Source: Minutocellus sp. GHC0000111 (taxonomy: Eukaryota). From it: a stretch of DNA of 64,000 bases. Of this stretch, positions 34,051 to 45,574 are shown one piece after another. The position numbers were made by a program, and so were the translations under genes. The stretch spans positions 1,860,001 through 1,924,000 of the forward strand of contig OZ361258.1 of the NCBI GenBank assembly GCA_977018835.1. Reading direction: 5' to 3'. Below the pieces are notes generated by a model. The model had not been told where the DNA came from. It was given only the letters and a program-made list of their open reading frames with translations, and did no database searches. How positions within the stretch are numbered: position 1 is the first letter of the stretch; the number at the start of each line of letters is the position of its first letter.

Positions 34051-36051
34051 ATGGCAGGTCCCAAGTCCGACACCATGCTCCTCCTGCTTGCCACGGCGCT
34101 CGTGACACCGCTGTGCAAGCAGGCTGGTATCTCCCCCATCCTTGGCTTCCTAGCGGCCGGGATGATGATGGGCCCCAACGCCCTAAGCGTCATCGATGAC
34201 ATGCACAACGTCGAGATGATGGGCGAACTGGGCATCGTCTTCTTTCTGTTTGAGATGGGCATCGAACTTAGCATCGAACGTCTCAAGAGTATGCGACGAG
34301 ATGTCTTTGGGCTGGGCCTCAGTCAGTTCTTGGGCACGGCCGCCGCAGTGGCCGCCGTTGGCAAGGTGGCATTCAATCTTCCTGCCAACGCTCTGGTGGT
34401 TCTAGGCGGCGGATTGGCGCTGAGTTCGTCGGCCTTCGTCCTTCAGCTACTCAAGGACAAGGAACAGCTCAGTACTCGCTTTGGTAAGGCCAGCTTTGGC
34501 ATCTTACTGCTGCAAGATCTGGCAGTGGTACCTCTATTGGTTGTCACCCCCATTCTCGCCGGAGGCGGGGCCGGCCTTGGTGCCGCCTTGGGCAGCGCCC
34601 TCGTCAAGGCCACCCTGGCGTTGAGTGCCATTGCCTTTACTGGCCATGTCGTTCTGGATCCGTTGTTCAATACCGTCGCCAAGGCCAAGACCCAAGAGGC
34701 CTTCCTCGGCGTTACCCTTCTCACTGTCCTTGGCATGTCGTTCATGACGGAAGGCTTGGGATTGAGCAATACCCTCGGTGCCTTCCTCGCCGGTGTACTT
34801 CTCAGTGAGACCAAGTACCGCTATCAGATCGAGGCCGATATTGCCCCCTTCCGTGGCATTCTGCTGGGCCTTTTCTTCGTCACCGTCGGATTCGAGATCG
34901 ATGTTGGCCTGGTCCTTTCGCAGCTGCCACTGGTCAGTGCCGTCGTCCTGGGCATCCTCGCCGTCAAGGCTGCTGTTGCCGCCCTGGCCAGTTTGGCCTT
35001 TGGACTGTCTCTATCGACGTCGATGCAGACAGCCCTCATCGTTAGTCAGGCCGGAGAATTTGCCTTCGTCGCCTTCGGTCTGGCCAAGAGCTTTGGTATC
35101 CTCAGTCCTCAGCAGACCAAGTTCTTGCTGACGTGTGTTAGTCTCACCATGGCCCTCACCCCCTTCCTCTCCTCCGTTGGTGGTAAGATTGCCAGCAAGC
35201 TCGAAGAGGGCAAGAGTGACGAGAACATGGTCGACCTTGTGCGAGATGCAGAGGATCGGGAGGTCATTGAGAGCGATGACTTCGTCGTCGTTGTTGGGTA
35301 TGGTACCGTGGGCAAGGTCGTGACGGACCTGCTGCAGCGCAAGTTCATCCAATACGAGTGCGTCGAAGTCAATCCCGAGCGCGCAGCACTGGCCCGAAGC
35401 AAGGGCCTGCCCGTCTTCTACGGCGACGTGGCCCGGCCGGAGATTGCCGATGCTTTCAACGTTGGCAAGGCCAAGGCCGTCATCGTTACCATCGCCGACA
35501 AGGCCGAGGCAACCCGCATGGTCATCGCTCTTCGTCGGCAGTACCCCGGTCTCAAGATCTTTGCCCGCGCCGCCGATGCCGACCACGCCCAGCGTCTACA
35601 GAAGACGCTCGATATTGTGGCAATGGTCCCCATCATCCCCGAGGACAACGTACTGCTCACCCTTCCCTTTGGTGGTGCCGTTCTCAAGAGTCTCGGTGCG
35701 CAGCCGGAGGAGGTCAATGCCATCCTCGAGGCCAAGCGCAAGGACGTCCTCAACCTGCGAGGACAGGGCGACGCTGAGGCAACACTCGTCGAGCTCGGCG
35801 TCAATACCGACGAAGAGCGAGCTGAGCGTATTGAAGAGCTGAAGGAGAAGTCACCGATGGTTGCGGAAGTGCTGGAACAAAATGAGCCGACACCGCTGGA
35901 AGAGGTCGAAGAGGAGGAGGAGGAGGAGGAAGAAGAGGAGGGTGAAGCAGAGGAGGTAGTCGCTGAAAGCATGGAGGAGGTCGACGATGATGTAACGAAC
36001 CCGCCGTCATTCCAGCAATCGTTGCTCGAGAGGCAACTGAAGCAGAGTTAA
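34051..36051 (+). CDS. KEA/KefC-family (CPA2) K+/H+ antiporter with TrkA-N (KTN) domain and acidic tail; 5' end probably missing
   Basis: About 13 TM helices; SPILGFL, FFLFEMGIELS, LSSSAFVLQLL, LLQDLAVVP, GAFLAG and PFRGILLGLFF; KTN motif VVVGYGTVG and YGD. Confidence 0.92.
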   Translation: MAGPKSDTMLLLLATALVTPLCKQAGISPILGFLAAGMMMGPNALSVIDDMHNVEMMGELGIVFFLFEMGIELSIERLKSMRRDVFGLGLSQFLGTAAAVAAVGKVAFNLPANALVVLGGGLALSSSAFVLQLLKDKEQLSTRFGKASFGILLLQDLAVVPLLVVTPILAGGGAGLGAALGSALVKATLALSAIAFTGHVVLDPLFNTVAKAKTQEAFLGVTLLTVLGMSFMTEGLGLSNTLGAFLAGVLLSETKYRYQIEADIAPFRGILLGLFFVTVGFEIDVGLVLSQLPLVSAVVLGILAVKAAVAALASLAFGLSLSTSMQTALIVSQAGEFAFVAFGLAKSFGILSPQQTKFLLTCVSLTMALTPFLSSVGGKIASKLEEGKSDENMVDLVRDAEDREVIESDDFVVVVGYGTVGKVVTDLLQRKFIQYECVEVNPERAALARSKGLPVFYGDVARPEIADAFNVGKAKAVIVTIADKAEATRMVIALRRQYPGLKIFARAADADHAQRLQKTLDIVAMVPIIPEDNVLLTLPFGGAVLKSLGAQPEEVNAILEAKRKDVLNLRGQGDAEATLVELGVNTDEERAERIEELKEKSPMVAEVLEQNEPTPLEEVEEEEEEEEEEEGEAEEVVAESMEEVDDDVTNPPSFQQSLLERQLKQS

Positions 36052-36379
36052 GATTTGATGCTTTGCTTGCCTACGTATAGTATTAGGCTATAAATCTATT
36101 AGGAACTACATACAAACGATGGTTGTCCATTTGAATATGTTTCGGGTAAGTTTGTGCTCACACCAAGAATCAAAAAGTACCGTTCTCGGCATCCTCCATG
36201 CTCGTGGTCGGTGGGACCGGTAGGAGCAGCCAGCGGGAGGCGCCTGGCTGACACCGGGAGCAGGCGCATCGGATAAGGCCGCGACAATGGCCCCGAGAAT
36301 GTGGCGGTTACGACTGCCAATCCTTCTTCTCCTCCTCCTCCTCCTCCTCCTTCTTCTCCTGAAATTCGTTGATGGGGGT

Positions 36380-37640
36380 CGATGCAGTATTTTTTTTGTG
36401 CTGGCGGAGGTTGCATTTTGTCCCTCAATTGGACATATCGGTACCAACATTAATGTGGAGACTCTATATTATGAATCTATTGGTTGTATTAGATACCTAC
36501 GTATATGAGAGCGTTGGAAATTGCCTGGTGGTGAAGAACGGGGGCAGGTATCACGCCTTCTTGGCACAAATGGAATATCTTGGTGAAACTGGCTGGAATC
36601 GGAGGCTCGGAGGCACCTCGAACCGCAGACATGAAATTGATACCATTCCTTCCATGCATGCAAACTCGCAAACACTCACATGCAGTTGCGTCCCTTTGTA
36701 TGTAACTTTTAACTTTTGATGAGTTTCGTTGGGTTGCTGTGAGTTATGGGCATCAATTTATTGATTGCATTCAATTTTTATGGGGCACCAGCCAAATTGC
36801 AGGAGGTCAACCTTGCTGAGAGAGGATGGTGATAGTTCGGCATGCTCATCCAACCAAGAGTATTCTATTTGCTTTAGTTCGATTGTGTGTGTATTTAAGA
36901 AGTTACATTTATATAGATGATGTATACTTGTCCACTCTTTGAAGCTTAGTAGCCATCATCATCTGTAGTAGCTCCAACGGGGCTGCCGCCGGCCCCGACC
37001 GTACTCTTTGATGTTAGGAACTTCTACAAATAGCCAATTAAGTCATTCTACTACAGCTGATACCCATAGAATTCCACTCTAGATATGTGTCCTTATGCGG
37101 CTCTATGAGAGTGTTATCGAGTTCGTCATTATTTGTTGATTTATAAGCCCCGACCCTTCAGAGGTCGACGACCACCGAAATTCACGAGGAAAACGCCGAA
37201 TTTTCACATCGACTTGCCTCCATTTTGTGCCTTGCCAGTGCAAAGGACCTTTCATGAGCATAGAGACCGATCGGGGATACAATGACCGTCATTTGATGCC
37301 CTTCCAATGCATTGGTTGTCATTCCTTGTTGATCAGTATCAACATTGGAGTTTGGAATCAGCACTCCGCGAAATCTGGCGTTGACGTCCACGAACCATTC
37401 AGATGCTTCTAAAATCATCAATCGTTGCAGCAAACCCACGAAACTTTCAACCAAAGAGCGTTTATATATCAACCCTTGGTGACGGTGATGAGCTACAGCG
37501 GTGACCCTACCCAAAATATGCTCAAACCACCCCAACATTGCTAAAATCTTCCCTTCCGAGCACTGAAACTACAGCAGATTTTAGCCTAATGTGGACACAC
37601 ACCATCCCCAATCGCCACCAAGGATATATCGGGGGCCTAC
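36380..37640 (+). repeat. Non-coding repeat, copy A (inverted relative to 50960-52225)
   Basis: Colinear matches to the reverse complement of copy B, e.g. TTGCAGGAGGTCAACCTTGCTGAG, CAACCAAGAGTATTCTATTTGCTTTAGTTC, GCGGCTCTATGAGAGTGTT and AAAGGACCTTTCATGAGCATAGAG. Similarity fades after ~37480. Confidence 0.9.
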
Positions 37641-37949
37641 TATTCGATCAAGGATAGTAAGAGCTATCTTTTGATATACTTCCGATGCAGTAATCGCGTT
37701 TCCTCGTGGTTCAAGGGCGAGGGTTGGTCGTGCGGGGACAGGCCGAGAGTTGCTCCACAACCATCTGCAGAATCACTCCGGTAGCCACCACATCATCAAA
37801 ATTTGAAGGAAACCAGCGAAACTTTTCATAAATGGACGGCCTTATATCATACTTGAGCGATGGTAATGACTGACTCGAGCTATTGGCCAGGTTTGCTCCT
37901 CATTTTCCACTATTGCCGCTCGGCGAGACGTACAAAAATTGCGACATCG

Positions 37950-39150
37950 ACCTCCCCGAAGCATCCATGTCATTCCAAAAGCATCATTAATCGACCCAAG
38001 CCTACGAAACTTTGCATCACCTTCCCGCCATATACCATATCAAAGACTTGACAACATTTCAAATGGGCCATTGTCGATAACATGGCCACTCGACGTCATG
38101 TTACTGCGTCTGTGGGCGACAGCCAGATTTCTTGGCGCATTTTCAGTACTGCCCAGCGCGATTTCTCGACACACCGGTCCAATTATGTTATCTTCACAGC
38201 ATAAACCCCAAGCTATGTAACCCATGGAAAGATTGAATGACCACAATTCTGGTCTAGGAGTCCAATTCAATAATTGTATGTAGAAAACTGGATTTCGTGG
38301 CGAGATGTCGGATTTCGACCAAATTTCAGAAAGAGAGAACGTCATGATTCGACCCACAACAATAAATCAGTTCAAATGACTGCATCACAAACCGCCCATA
38401 GACCAAAGAGAGCGATCCCATGGCAACAATCTTGGGACTGGCCATTATTTTGGCAACATAGCACCCAACACCTGATTTTGAGGGCTGAGCTTCGGGTTTG
38501 GCCAGATTTTCGGACAGAACACATCCTCTCTCGGCCCAACGTGCAATGCTCGCTCAAACGACCACATCGCAGTCCACTCATATATCAAAGCGAGGGAGAG
38601 AATGGGTAATGCCTTGGACTGAAACGTTAATTTTGCATGATAAGGGCCCAATACTGTATATTGCGGCAAATGTCGAATTTTGGCGCCATTTTCAACAGCA
38701 AATGCGCAATCTCTCGACCCATGTTGGAAAATCAGTTCAAACGGCCGCACCACAATCCACCTTGGACCCATAGAAATCGATTGAACATGCCCAAGTGTGG
38801 TCTGGAAGCATCATCTTGCAAGATATTTGCAAAATACCTGTTTTTGTGACACTTGGCCGATTCTGGCCCAAATTTGAGGTGAAAATGTGCATTCTCTCGA
38901 CCCAGCGTGAAAGTTCATGTTCATCGACCGCATGGTAATTCGCCTATATATCAAACTAAACGTTTGAAACGGTTGAACCCAGGGCTGGGCGGGTTAGCTG
39001 ACAAAATATAAGCAGAAAACCTCATTTTGCCGCAAGTGGTGGAAATCGACGCATTTGGAGCAATAAATATGCTCTTTCTCGACCCAGGCTGTAAGTTGAG
39101 TTCTATCGACTCGATGTCACTATAGCTTGGGATCATACAGAGCGAATGAA
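37950..39150. repeat. Diverged tandem array with ~183-bp period
   Basis: Anchor TCG(A/G)C(C/A)C falls at 37991, 38166, 38349, 38531, 38714, 38897 and 39079 (spacings 175, 183, 182, 183, 183, 182), in most units followed by a GTTCAAA/GTTCAT-like motif. Confidence 0.75.
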
Positions 39151-39884
39151 CATGGACAATGTGGGTCGGGGCACTGTGGGTCGGGAGTTGCACGCGTTCA
39201 AAGTCACCGTCGGCGGCGATTTTGGGTTCATTTGGCTGGTGTTGGGCGTGGCGTGGCGTGCTGTGGTGCTGTGGTGGCCGTCTGGTGCCGATTGTGCTTG
39301 CATCTCTCGAGATAAACTGGTCGCACTTCAACCTTATAACGGGAACACATTGGTCATTTTGATCCCGATTTCCATCGGCTCGCCGTCGTCCGTCTCATTC
39401 TTTTCGCTTTCGTCGTCTGCAAGGCCCCCGGCGAAGCGTATCCCAACTCACCTGCAATTATTGACGACACGATCCCCCGCAAGTTATTCCGCACAGATAA
39501 CTTCGTGGCAAGATCCATCGTCGTGAGTTTTGTCTCGTTTGCTAGCCTCATTTCGTCGTATTTTTCGAGAAGGGGCATATCTTTCATCCGGGGCCCATAA
39601 CCTCAAGAGGCGCAGGGAAATTTTTTGTACCGGCCGGATAGGCACCGAAGAAGAGGGGACGGAACCGGATCTCGGCTGTGCCTTTGTTATATACTATTCC
39701 CATCATCTAGTACGATATATCAAGGCGAGGGTATCTGCGTACTTTTGTGTCGATTCGAGCATATCTTGTGCCGACTTGCAGCTCCGGAAACCAAGTCAGA
39801 CGTTTCAGTCAGGTAACCGTCATCTGAGGCGATTTCGTTAGCTTTCGCAGACTATCCTCATATCAACGAAGGCAAAAGTCAACC

Positions 39885-42350
39885 ATGTCGGACCTCCTTC
39901 AGCAGCATCAACTTCCTCAATCTCAACTCGACAAAGAGCTGAAACAAAACGAACAAGAACAGAATGCCATGTGGGACAGCGTTGCTCTTGCGGCTCTGAC
40001 CGAAGAAGATAACGACGACCAGACTACACGTAACCGAGCCAAGGACTCTGAGCACAATGAGAACGACCAGGGGGATAATGGAATTGTGCTCGCTACCTCG
40101 TCGGATGTCGGTAGTGTCCCGTCGAACTCAAATGACATTCAAGATATGAATAATTCGTCCAACTCCAGCAAAATGGATGCATTCGGTAAGTACCTTTGCA
40201 ATCGTATCTTTTCCAACATGTCATTGTGTCGATATTTTTTTGACTCGCACAATTATTTTCGCATGGCATCTCTATTTGTTATGTGCTATCAAATTTGGAT
40301 GATTTGTATCCTTTGTATCCTTCTAGCTCCAAAAGATATAATACATCTAATTTACTCCATTATATCTTGTTCATTGCAATGCCTGCCTGTTACAATCACA
40401 GCGAACCTCACCGACGCCGAGGCCAGAGAGTTGGAGGTTCGTCAGGTGCGGGAGATCCAATACCTCCAGCAGCGATGCCACGAGGGTGGGCGTCTTCTCG
40501 CCGCTACTCGCGAGGAGAATGCTACTCTCCATCGCCAGATCAAGGAATCTGACGAGTACGCCACCAAGGCCGCCGAAATGGTCCAGACATCCTTCACTCG
40601 TCTAGCCGAGGCCATGGAGGCCAACGAGGCCGTCCGGAAGGAGAACGAGGTCCTTCGCGTCAAGGACGACGAGTGGCGCCAGCGCGACCGTGACCTCAAG
40701 GCCCGCATCGACGTACTCAACAAGAAGCTCAACGAGGTCCGCAAGTCGGCCGACCTCCAGAAGCTCCACCGCAAAGAGGAGGATGAGTCCGCCAAGCTCG
40801 AGCGCGCACGGAAGCAGGAGGCCGGCTTCGCCGCCATCGCCCGTGCCGAGAGTGCCCGCCTCGAGCGGGAGCGAGTTGCCAAGGAACGGCAGCAGGTGGC
40901 AGGGTTTGCTGCCGTCGATTATGCCGCTCGGAGCGCTCAATTTGGCCAGCCCAGCACCCAAGTGGGCTCTGCTGTCAACGCAGCCTACGGTGGGGGTCAG
41001 CAGGCCCACTCGCAACCTCACATGAGTTATCAGTCTCAGCAGCCACAACAGCACAACCGTACCAGTGGTATGCATCACAACCAACATCAGGCACAGTTCC
41101 AGAACCACCACTCACAACAGCCCCAACCCCCCCCAAATGCAGTCCGCGCAGCCGGGCTGATGAGCACTCCCAGTGGTATGGTATACAATCAGCGTGCGGC
41201 CCACCACCAAGCCCAGGCTCAGCTTCAGATGTCTACTCATACCAATGGTAGCATGATGAGTGTGAACACTGCTGCATCTGGCTCCGGCAGTCAGCTCCGA
41301 ACTGGTTACAATCCGTATGCCGGGTACAACGCCGCTTCGCCTCAGCGTTCTCCCACCGGAATCGAGGGCAACTCTGGTCAGTCTCCATATTCCCCTTCTC
41401 ACGGAAGTGTTGGGAGCAGCAACAATAGCAACAACAATGCTTCCAGCGGTAACTCCAACGTTGTTGGGGACTCATATTCCTCTACAATGAGAACCGGGCA
41501 CAATACAATCTTCAACAATCCGTACCGGGCTGCCCTCCTTGCCGCCAATGGCATCACCCCCGACAAGCTACCCCCGCCTCTCTCGCCTGACGATCAGTGG
41601 AAGGCCGATGTGGAGCTTCTTCAGAAGATCATCGTCGAAGGCGTCCACGTCGGAACATCGGATCCAGGCACCATGAAGGCGCACGTGGGCAATATGTTGA
41701 GGCAGCTAAACCCTCTCCGCTTTCCCGATCGGGCCGTCGTCAAGCAGTTCCTTGCCAAGGCCCTTCGCGAGGGTATTGTCCTCGAGAGCGGTGAGGGCGG
41801 CACGAAGGCCCTTCATCTTCCTTCGGACTTTGCCGGCGTCACCAACCGCTACCCTACCATCGCTCAGGCCTCCGAGGCCTTTGCTATCCTCAGCGGCCAG
41901 GATCGCAGCAGCTTCGCTAATCGCACCGGCAAGAAGATTGTGCACGAAGAAGCTCCCGAGCGCCGTTATATGGGCAAGATGATGACCGACAAGGAACGGG
42001 AGGAGAACGATGCCTACCTCGATCAGTTCCGTAAGAAGAAGAAGAATCAGACCAGCGTTACGTCTGATGAAATGGCCGGTGCTGGCTTTGCGTCCATCAG
42101 CGCTCTCAACAGCTACGGGGGCCCAATGGCTCCCTCGAACGGTACTACGAACAACAACTCATTCAGCGGCAGCGGCTTACTTGCTGGCTTTGGTGGAGCA
42201 GGAGGTGAATCTTCCTTCGCCGGCTTTGCATCGATCCACTCACAGCCTCTTTCCTCCTCTCCCGCCGGCGCCGCTGTGACTTTGACCGCCTCCAATTCTA
42301 GCGACAACGGAGGCGCTGACTATGGTTTCTCCCGTCTTAGCGTGACGTAA
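39885..42350 (+). CDS. Coiled-coil, Q/S-rich protein with a LOTUS/wHTH-like segment; probable intron 40186-40401
   Basis: 821-aa ORF. An AT-rich G|GTAAG...CACAG| segment of 216 nt is in frame. Coiled coil at 40420-40890 and an ordered block at 41600-41830. Confidence 0.6.
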   Translation: MSDLLQQHQLPQSQLDKELKQNEQEQNAMWDSVALAALTEEDNDDQTTRNRAKDSEHNENDQGDNGIVLATSSDVGSVPSNSNDIQDMNNSSNSSKMDAFGKYLCNRIFSNMSLCRYFFDSHNYFRMASLFVMCYQIWMICILCILLAPKDIIHLIYSIISCSLQCLPVTITANLTDAEARELEVRQVREIQYLQQRCHEGGRLLAATREENATLHRQIKESDEYATKAAEMVQTSFTRLAEAMEANEAVRKENEVLRVKDDEWRQRDRDLKARIDVLNKKLNEVRKSADLQKLHRKEEDESAKLERARKQEAGFAAIARAESARLERERVAKERQQVAGFAAVDYAARSAQFGQPSTQVGSAVNAAYGGGQQAHSQPHMSYQSQQPQQHNRTSGMHHNQHQAQFQNHHSQQPQPPPNAVRAAGLMSTPSGMVYNQRAAHHQAQAQLQMSTHTNGSMMSVNTAASGSGSQLRTGYNPYAGYNAASPQRSPTGIEGNSGQSPYSPSHGSVGSSNNSNNNASSGNSNVVGDSYSSTMRTGHNTIFNNPYRAALLAANGITPDKLPPPLSPDDQWKADVELLQKIIVEGVHVGTSDPGTMKAHVGNMLRQLNPLRFPDRAVVKQFLAKALREGIVLESGEGGTKALHLPSDFAGVTNRYPTIAQASEAFAILSGQDRSSFANRTGKKIVHEEAPERRYMGKMMTDKEREENDAYLDQFRKKKKNQTSVTSDEMAGAGFASISALNSYGGPMAPSNGTTNNNSFSGSGLLAGFGGAGGESSFAGFASIHSQPLSSSPAGAAVTLTASNSSDNGGADYGFSRLSVT

Positions 42351-43153
42351 GGAGAGAGACAGACACAACAAGAACATATCCGCCTACATAAATTTTTGAC
42401 CACCGGCCACCATTGATACGGCCTTACAAACTACCGGGTGACGAACCTTGAATTCGATAAGGGTGTGACTTTATTTTGCAGAACGGATGCATCCATTTTT
42501 ATTACTTGATGGCATATTTTGGGAGAAGAGAACGAGTGTTTTGAGCATTGATGATGGTTTATGCCTCTTTGCTAATATTTGCTTTGCTTTTGGATTGAAT
42601 TTGATTCAATCGTCAAGAAATTATACCTGGGGAAACGAGAGAAAAATTACATTAATATTGGTGCATATGCATGGTGCATTTGCTTCTTTGTAATTAGAAA
42701 TGAACAGCAAGAAGGGGGGCAAGACAAGCAAAGGGTGATAAATCATTGGTTGATGCGTACAAAACACATGAACAACAGAAAAGGGATGCATGCAGGACGA
42801 GCAATATATTTTTTTAGAATCTCATATTGATTCAATGTAGAGCCAGCCAGCAGTGGGAAGAACAAAATGGGTTGGCTATAAATTGTATTTTAGAATTCAG
42901 CATTTGAATTGATACATCTTACCGATACCTGTACCAATTCAGTGAGTTCGGCGTGGGCGCAGTGTCATTCTCTCTCGCGCCAGCCGCGCCAAGCATCGCG
43001 ATCATCGCGATCGCTTGCCGAAGAGAAACCCGGAGAACCACGCACGCACTTGAAGAATTCCTCAACAGGCAGCAGAGAGCGAGAGAAAACGACGCCACAA
43101 ACGACGAAGAGCAGGAAGCTCCCAAGCTTGATATTGCTTCTGCCCACTCAAAC

Positions 43154-44029
43154 ATGAAGATATCATCAATTTTTGTTTCCGCCGTCGCCGTTGCCCAGCT
43201 CGGTGACATCGCGGCCTTTGTGCCTTCCGGTAATCGCAATTATATCCAGCACATGGTGCAACATGCAGTGTCTTCTTCTTCGACATTCCTCGCCGGACAT
43301 CCGCATGGAGCCAGCGGTGATGGTAATGCGGCCGTAGCCGAGGCCGAGGCTCCGGTGGGATTCATTGATGGGGAGCTCCGAGGCGCGGCCATGCGGCTGC
43401 ACACCCGAGCTCAGGCTCCTCGTGAAGGTCAGGCTCCAGAGCCTTCCCAACCAAAGGAGAAGCACGTGACGACCTTGGATGATTATCTTCACTTTTTAGT
43501 CGATTCCAAGGCAGTCTACGAGGCATTTGAGGAGGTGGTGAACGAGCTGGACGATACGGCGGTCTACAGAAATACTGGATTGGAGCGTGTCAAGGCGCTT
43601 GAGGAGGACATTGCGTTCATTTGTGACGAATACGCAGTTGCCAAACCGGAAGTCGGCGAGTACGGAAAGGCATATGCTCAAGAGATACGAAAGTTGGCCA
43701 AGGAAGGAAAGGTGCCAGAATTGATGTGTCATTACTACAACCACTACTTTGCACATACGGCTGGGGGCATCATGATTGGCAAGGCAATGGCTGCGCAACT
43801 TCTCGATAAGAAAGTGCTCAACTTTTATAAGTGGGCGACACCAAGAGGCGAAGTGATCGAATCACGAAAGCCATTATCACTGCTAGAGCCTGTCAAGGCC
43901 GAGATCGAGAAGATGGCGGCAGCATGGTCCGACGAGGAACGCAAAAGATGCGTCGATGAAACGGCGGCAACGTTTCGTTTTGGCGGCCAGCTGAACTCGT
44001 ATCTGAGCGGTGGGTCGAGTCCGCATTAG
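43154..44029 (+). CDS. HO1: Plastid-targeted heme oxygenase (plant HY1/HO1 type)
   Basis: Signal peptide + AAFVP, proximal His in ELRGAAMRLHTRAQAPREGQ, FLVDSKAVY, NTGLER and HYYNHYFAHTAGG.MIGK. Confidence 0.93.
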   Translation: MKISSIFVSAVAVAQLGDIAAFVPSGNRNYIQHMVQHAVSSSSTFLAGHPHGASGDGNAAVAEAEAPVGFIDGELRGAAMRLHTRAQAPREGQAPEPSQPKEKHVTTLDDYLHFLVDSKAVYEAFEEVVNELDDTAVYRNTGLERVKALEEDIAFICDEYAVAKPEVGEYGKAYAQEIRKLAKEGKVPELMCHYYNHYFAHTAGGIMIGKAMAAQLLDKKVLNFYKWATPRGEVIESRKPLSLLEPVKAEIEKMAAAWSDEERKRCVDETAATFRFGGQLNSYLSGGSSPH

Positions 44030-44288
44030 ACTAGTCTAGTTCTTGCAAAAATGTAGAGACAATCCAAGTACGTAGCTAGCATAATGTCCGCGCGTAGGGA
44101 TCATTTTATACATTACTTCTTTCTGCATCATGCTTACTGGGACCATGTGTAGAGTTTTACTCAGCTTTTGCCAAGTTGATACGATCGCCATACAAGATAC
44201 TGCAAACCAGCAAAGTAAAATGTTCGCACATGCATGACTTCAATACCTTCAATTAATTTGCATTACCTCAACCAATAACCTTCATCAA

Positions 44289-45147
44289 TCAGTGGTGGCC
44301 CTCTTCTTCTGCCTCAAGACCAAGGGCGTGATCTAGCTCCCACATTAGCGCATCGCTGGCACCTTGAATCTTTGCCAGAATTCCTCCAACCTTATCTTCG
44401 GCTTCCATCTGCTCGACATGGAAGGGGTCCAAAAACGCTTTTACCCCGTACATCCCGCAGGCATCGGCAGCCTGGGCGATGTTGAGAAGATTTCTGGTAT
44501 TCTGCTGCTCCAGGCCTAGGATTGTCTCCCAAACAACCGCCGGACTAGACCACTCGGACTGCGGTGCAGCGAGAGGCTCGAGCTTCACTGGATAATGGTT
44601 CTTCAGAGCGAATTCCTAACAGGCACAAAGAAGGCGAGATGAATATGGTCCGTGATATGTTGAGAGAAGTGGTAACAGAACGAAAAGGCAACGTTAAAAT
44701 GTCACATTGCAGGTATCAACTTGAAAATTTCATGTGCAGTTCGCTTACCAATATCTCCTTGCCATGTCCTCGCTCTTCGTCGCTCTCCTCGAGCATCCAG
44801 GCAGCCATGCCGTCCATGTTCCTCGCCCGAAACCATATGGACGCCGCCATGTAGGCTTGACTGGCCATGAGTTCCACAGATACCTGCTTACTGATGAGTG
44901 TCAGCATTTCCTCAGAAGGGCCGATGGTATTGGCGCCGGCTGTTGGGGCAGCAACGTGAGGGTGAATGGAACTACCACCACCCGCTGCGGCTCCGTTGAT
45001 TGTGCTGCCGTTCGCCGAAGAAGACGGAGCATACGACGTGCCAATTGTTGCAGTGGCGGCGGCGCCGTTGGGAGAGAGCGAGTTAAGATAGGAAAATGCG
45101 GATGCCGATTGGATCAGCAGAAAGGAAAAAGTGGTGGATAGCTTCAT
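44289..45147 (-). CDS. FTN: Plastid-targeted diatom-type ferritin, 2 exons (44749-45147, 44289-44615), 241 aa
   Basis: MKL...SASAFS presequence; ferroxidase motifs QVSVELMASQAY, EESDEERGH, LEQQNT and FHVEQMEAED. The GTAAG...TAG intron 44616-44748 joins KEIL|EFALK in frame. Confidence 0.95.
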
Positions 45148-45574
45148 GATTTTAACGTGAGTGACTTGTGGCTTGTTCGGCGTCTTGGAATGTATTCTCG
45201 CTTGGCCGATCAATGGATTGATTTTGTTCTTTGCAAGGGATCTTCAAGTTCGTGCGTCTGACTTTCATTATTTCGCCGAGCTTCGCCGATGAACGAATAT
45301 TGTTGAAAATTTGCCAGATTTTTCCGATTTCCGAAGACCATCCGACGGTACCTCCAAGATGGCCTCCCCTCCGGCGCCACCCCCCGGCCACCCTGGAACA
45401 AACGCCACGAATTCGATCGCGGAGGATGGTTTTGATGGCCTGGAATGGACGGCTGGCACCCATGCGACCGGCCCATTTGCCAAAACCGGCGCAAATTCCG
45501 GCAGGAACTCGGGCTCAGTGCGCTAACTGGGACTTCACACATGTGTGGATTGGCAGTTCCGGATCGACATGGCG

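Noticed and set aside
35910..36360. (GAG)n and (CTC)n tracts forming an inverted pair
   Set aside because: These are simple microsatellites; the first just encodes the poly-Glu tail of the antiporter.
37182..37538. ORFs within the long inverted repeat as a transposase
   Set aside because: The frames are not preserved between the two copies and there are no DDE or Rep/helicase motifs.
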